Of a DNA stretch of 64,000 nucleotides, positions 62,701-64,000 are shown piece after piece (the stretch's first letter is position 1; every line of letters starts with the position of its first letter). The DNA comes from Takakia lepidozioides (lineage: Eukaryota > Plantae > Bryophyta). Below the pieces are notes generated by a model. The model saw nothing but the letters and a program-made list of their open reading frames with translations, was not told the origin of the DNA and did no database searches. The position numbers were made by a program, and so were the translations under genes. Where the stretch lies: contig CM060732.1 in the NCBI GenBank assembly GCA_030704615.1, positions 72,602,001 through 72,666,000 on the forward strand, read 5' to 3'.

Positions 62701-64000
62701 TGGGGCTATAGTTGCAATTGGGCTGTAAGATTCTATGATCATGGAGGACAATAGGACAGCAGCTTTGTTTTAAGTTTCCAGGTCCGCCTAACATGAAGCT
62801 CCTGCATAAGGAGTTTGTTGCGATTGTGTTGGATTCCAAGCCTTCGCATACTTTGTAGCAGTAGGGAAGCACAGACAGTCCTTTTCCCTCACAGTAGTTG
62901 GAGACCCGAGAATAACATGTGGTCTTGAAACCAGCGTTCTCGAGTCTCATAGAGGTTGCCAGGGCTCGGACTGCAATTCAGACAACATCAACGACGCCTG
63001 AAGACATGTGCAGCTGTCCGAGCTCCTCTAAGACAACCTAGCTAGAGTATATGCATTTCTGATTGAGTACCAATCAATGTGCATCTAGTATGTACACATC
63101 TGCTAAACCACACCACTGCTGGTTTGTAAACTTAACGGTTACCCTTGATTAGAGACTGGGTCTCAGCATAACAGGGCTCAGGAAGGCTTCAATTGATGTC
63201 TCTGCAAGTTTCGGCTGCCTATCCAATAGTCATTATGGATATATAACTTGTTCAACGCACTACTCTATTTCCACCCATAGGAAATAGTAAGAGAAGATCG
63301 TTATAAAGAGAAGATCTTTCCAGACAACACAGTCTTTGCCATTTGGGTCAAGGCCCAGCAACCAGCAGAAGTGAGCAAATGAGTTGCCGCTGGAAAGTGC
63401 CACCCACCTTCAAGAGTTGGACGGGAACTGATTGTGGGGGTCTAATTTGTCTACTGGCCTGGAGCTGCCAAGGGGACCTGAAGGCCTGGATCTGCCGTTT
63501 GTCAATTGCTGCAACTGCATCTTCCAGAAATACATTTTGTTGGTTACGAAGGTTCTCCAGGATAGCTGTGATGTACATGCCTTGGTCACGGGGTTCCACC
63601 AGGCACATAGCCAGTGGACAGTTCCCATTCATAGATGGAATGGGCTGCTTGAACTCGTGGCACTCGTACCCTCTCACATTGCCCCGCAATAGGTTCCATG
63701 ACTCTGCAAAGTCGTCGAAGAGTGTCTGCAGCTCCCTTCAGGCATCCACCACTCAACAGCAAATAAATAAGTAGCTGCATGTATCATGGCATTTGAACTT
63801 TCTCTACCCAATCTCACAACAAAGCTCCACTTCTATCGAGAGACATTCTTGGTGCTCGGCGACAATAGAATCTTGAGACCAAATTACCTTTCAGCATCCT
63901 TATCTCCTTCCCTCCTGAGGGCATTGGGGCGGTTCAGGGTGGGTTCCCACAACCTACGGATAGAGACTGGCAGATGGGAAAACCTGCAACGGGAGGACCG
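59796..64000 (-). CDS. 3' exons of an RNF213/mysterin-like giant protein (exons about 63735-63408, 61827-61659, 61163-60780, 60132-59796); gene continues beyond the window
   Basis: FAESWNLLR...CLVEPRDQGMYITAILENLRNQQNVFL; IQY...YGHGLQALYDDVVIQQQLSDHLLLGKSHL; LDVCLGFLRRTGGDPLELLSNY...IQLQHAVSLYEGL; LRRFMFRYL...PLQLYL...FPANVLLQH. These parallel the RNF213 C-terminal domain as I recall it (LGFLSTAGGDP, FLQGKPRL, FPEEILL). Confidence 0.8.
60518..62237. repeat. Dispersed intronic repeat (about five copies) gaaatgaaatgg...acgtcc...aagctcaaagagcttatgggac
   Basis: Copies near 60520, 61175, 61255, 62105 and 62170, several directly at intron 3' ends of the minus-strand gene. Confidence 0.7.
62443..64000. 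repeat. ~55-bp inverted repeat pair (62443-62497 / 63945-64000)
   Basis: cggtcctcggttgcaggttttcccatctgccagtctctatccgtaggttgtggga versus its near-exact reverse complement at the window end. Confidence 0.85.

Overview
Eukaryotic genomic DNA, most likely from a land plant with flagellated sperm (bryophyte, lycophyte or fern grade). This is inferred from a spliced POC1 centriole gene, a plant SUV2-type ATRIP gene, TTTAGGG repeats and Tcn1-like chromoviruses. Host genes: a protein kinase 3' end (1-153), multi-exon ATRIP/SUV2 (5497-18051, +) with a LINE pile-up in intron 3, intronless RPL24 (-), POC1 (-), an intronless gene with ankyrin-like repeats plus a beta-rich domain (54420-56330, +), and the 3' exons of an RNF213/mysterin-like gene (-, runs off the window). 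The centre (21190-42818) is a nested Ty3/Gypsy island: a chromovirus (TSD GGAGT) containing a solo LTR and a second copy of its own family, plus a different 10.5-kb element (22547-33021, -). That element is the most notable feature. Its polyprotein carries a complete DNMT3-like C5 cytosine methyltransferase between protease and RT, and a PHD finger after integrase. Its termini are split direct repeats (A-internal-B-A-B) around a palindromic CA-gc-TG junction, with a self-priming PBS. Decayed pogo, piggyBac and hAT transposases and a TA-flanked MITE are also present. Recurrent -1 frameshifts in C/G runs of host genes look like assembly homopolymer errors. All homology calls come from motif recognition by eye; no searches were run.
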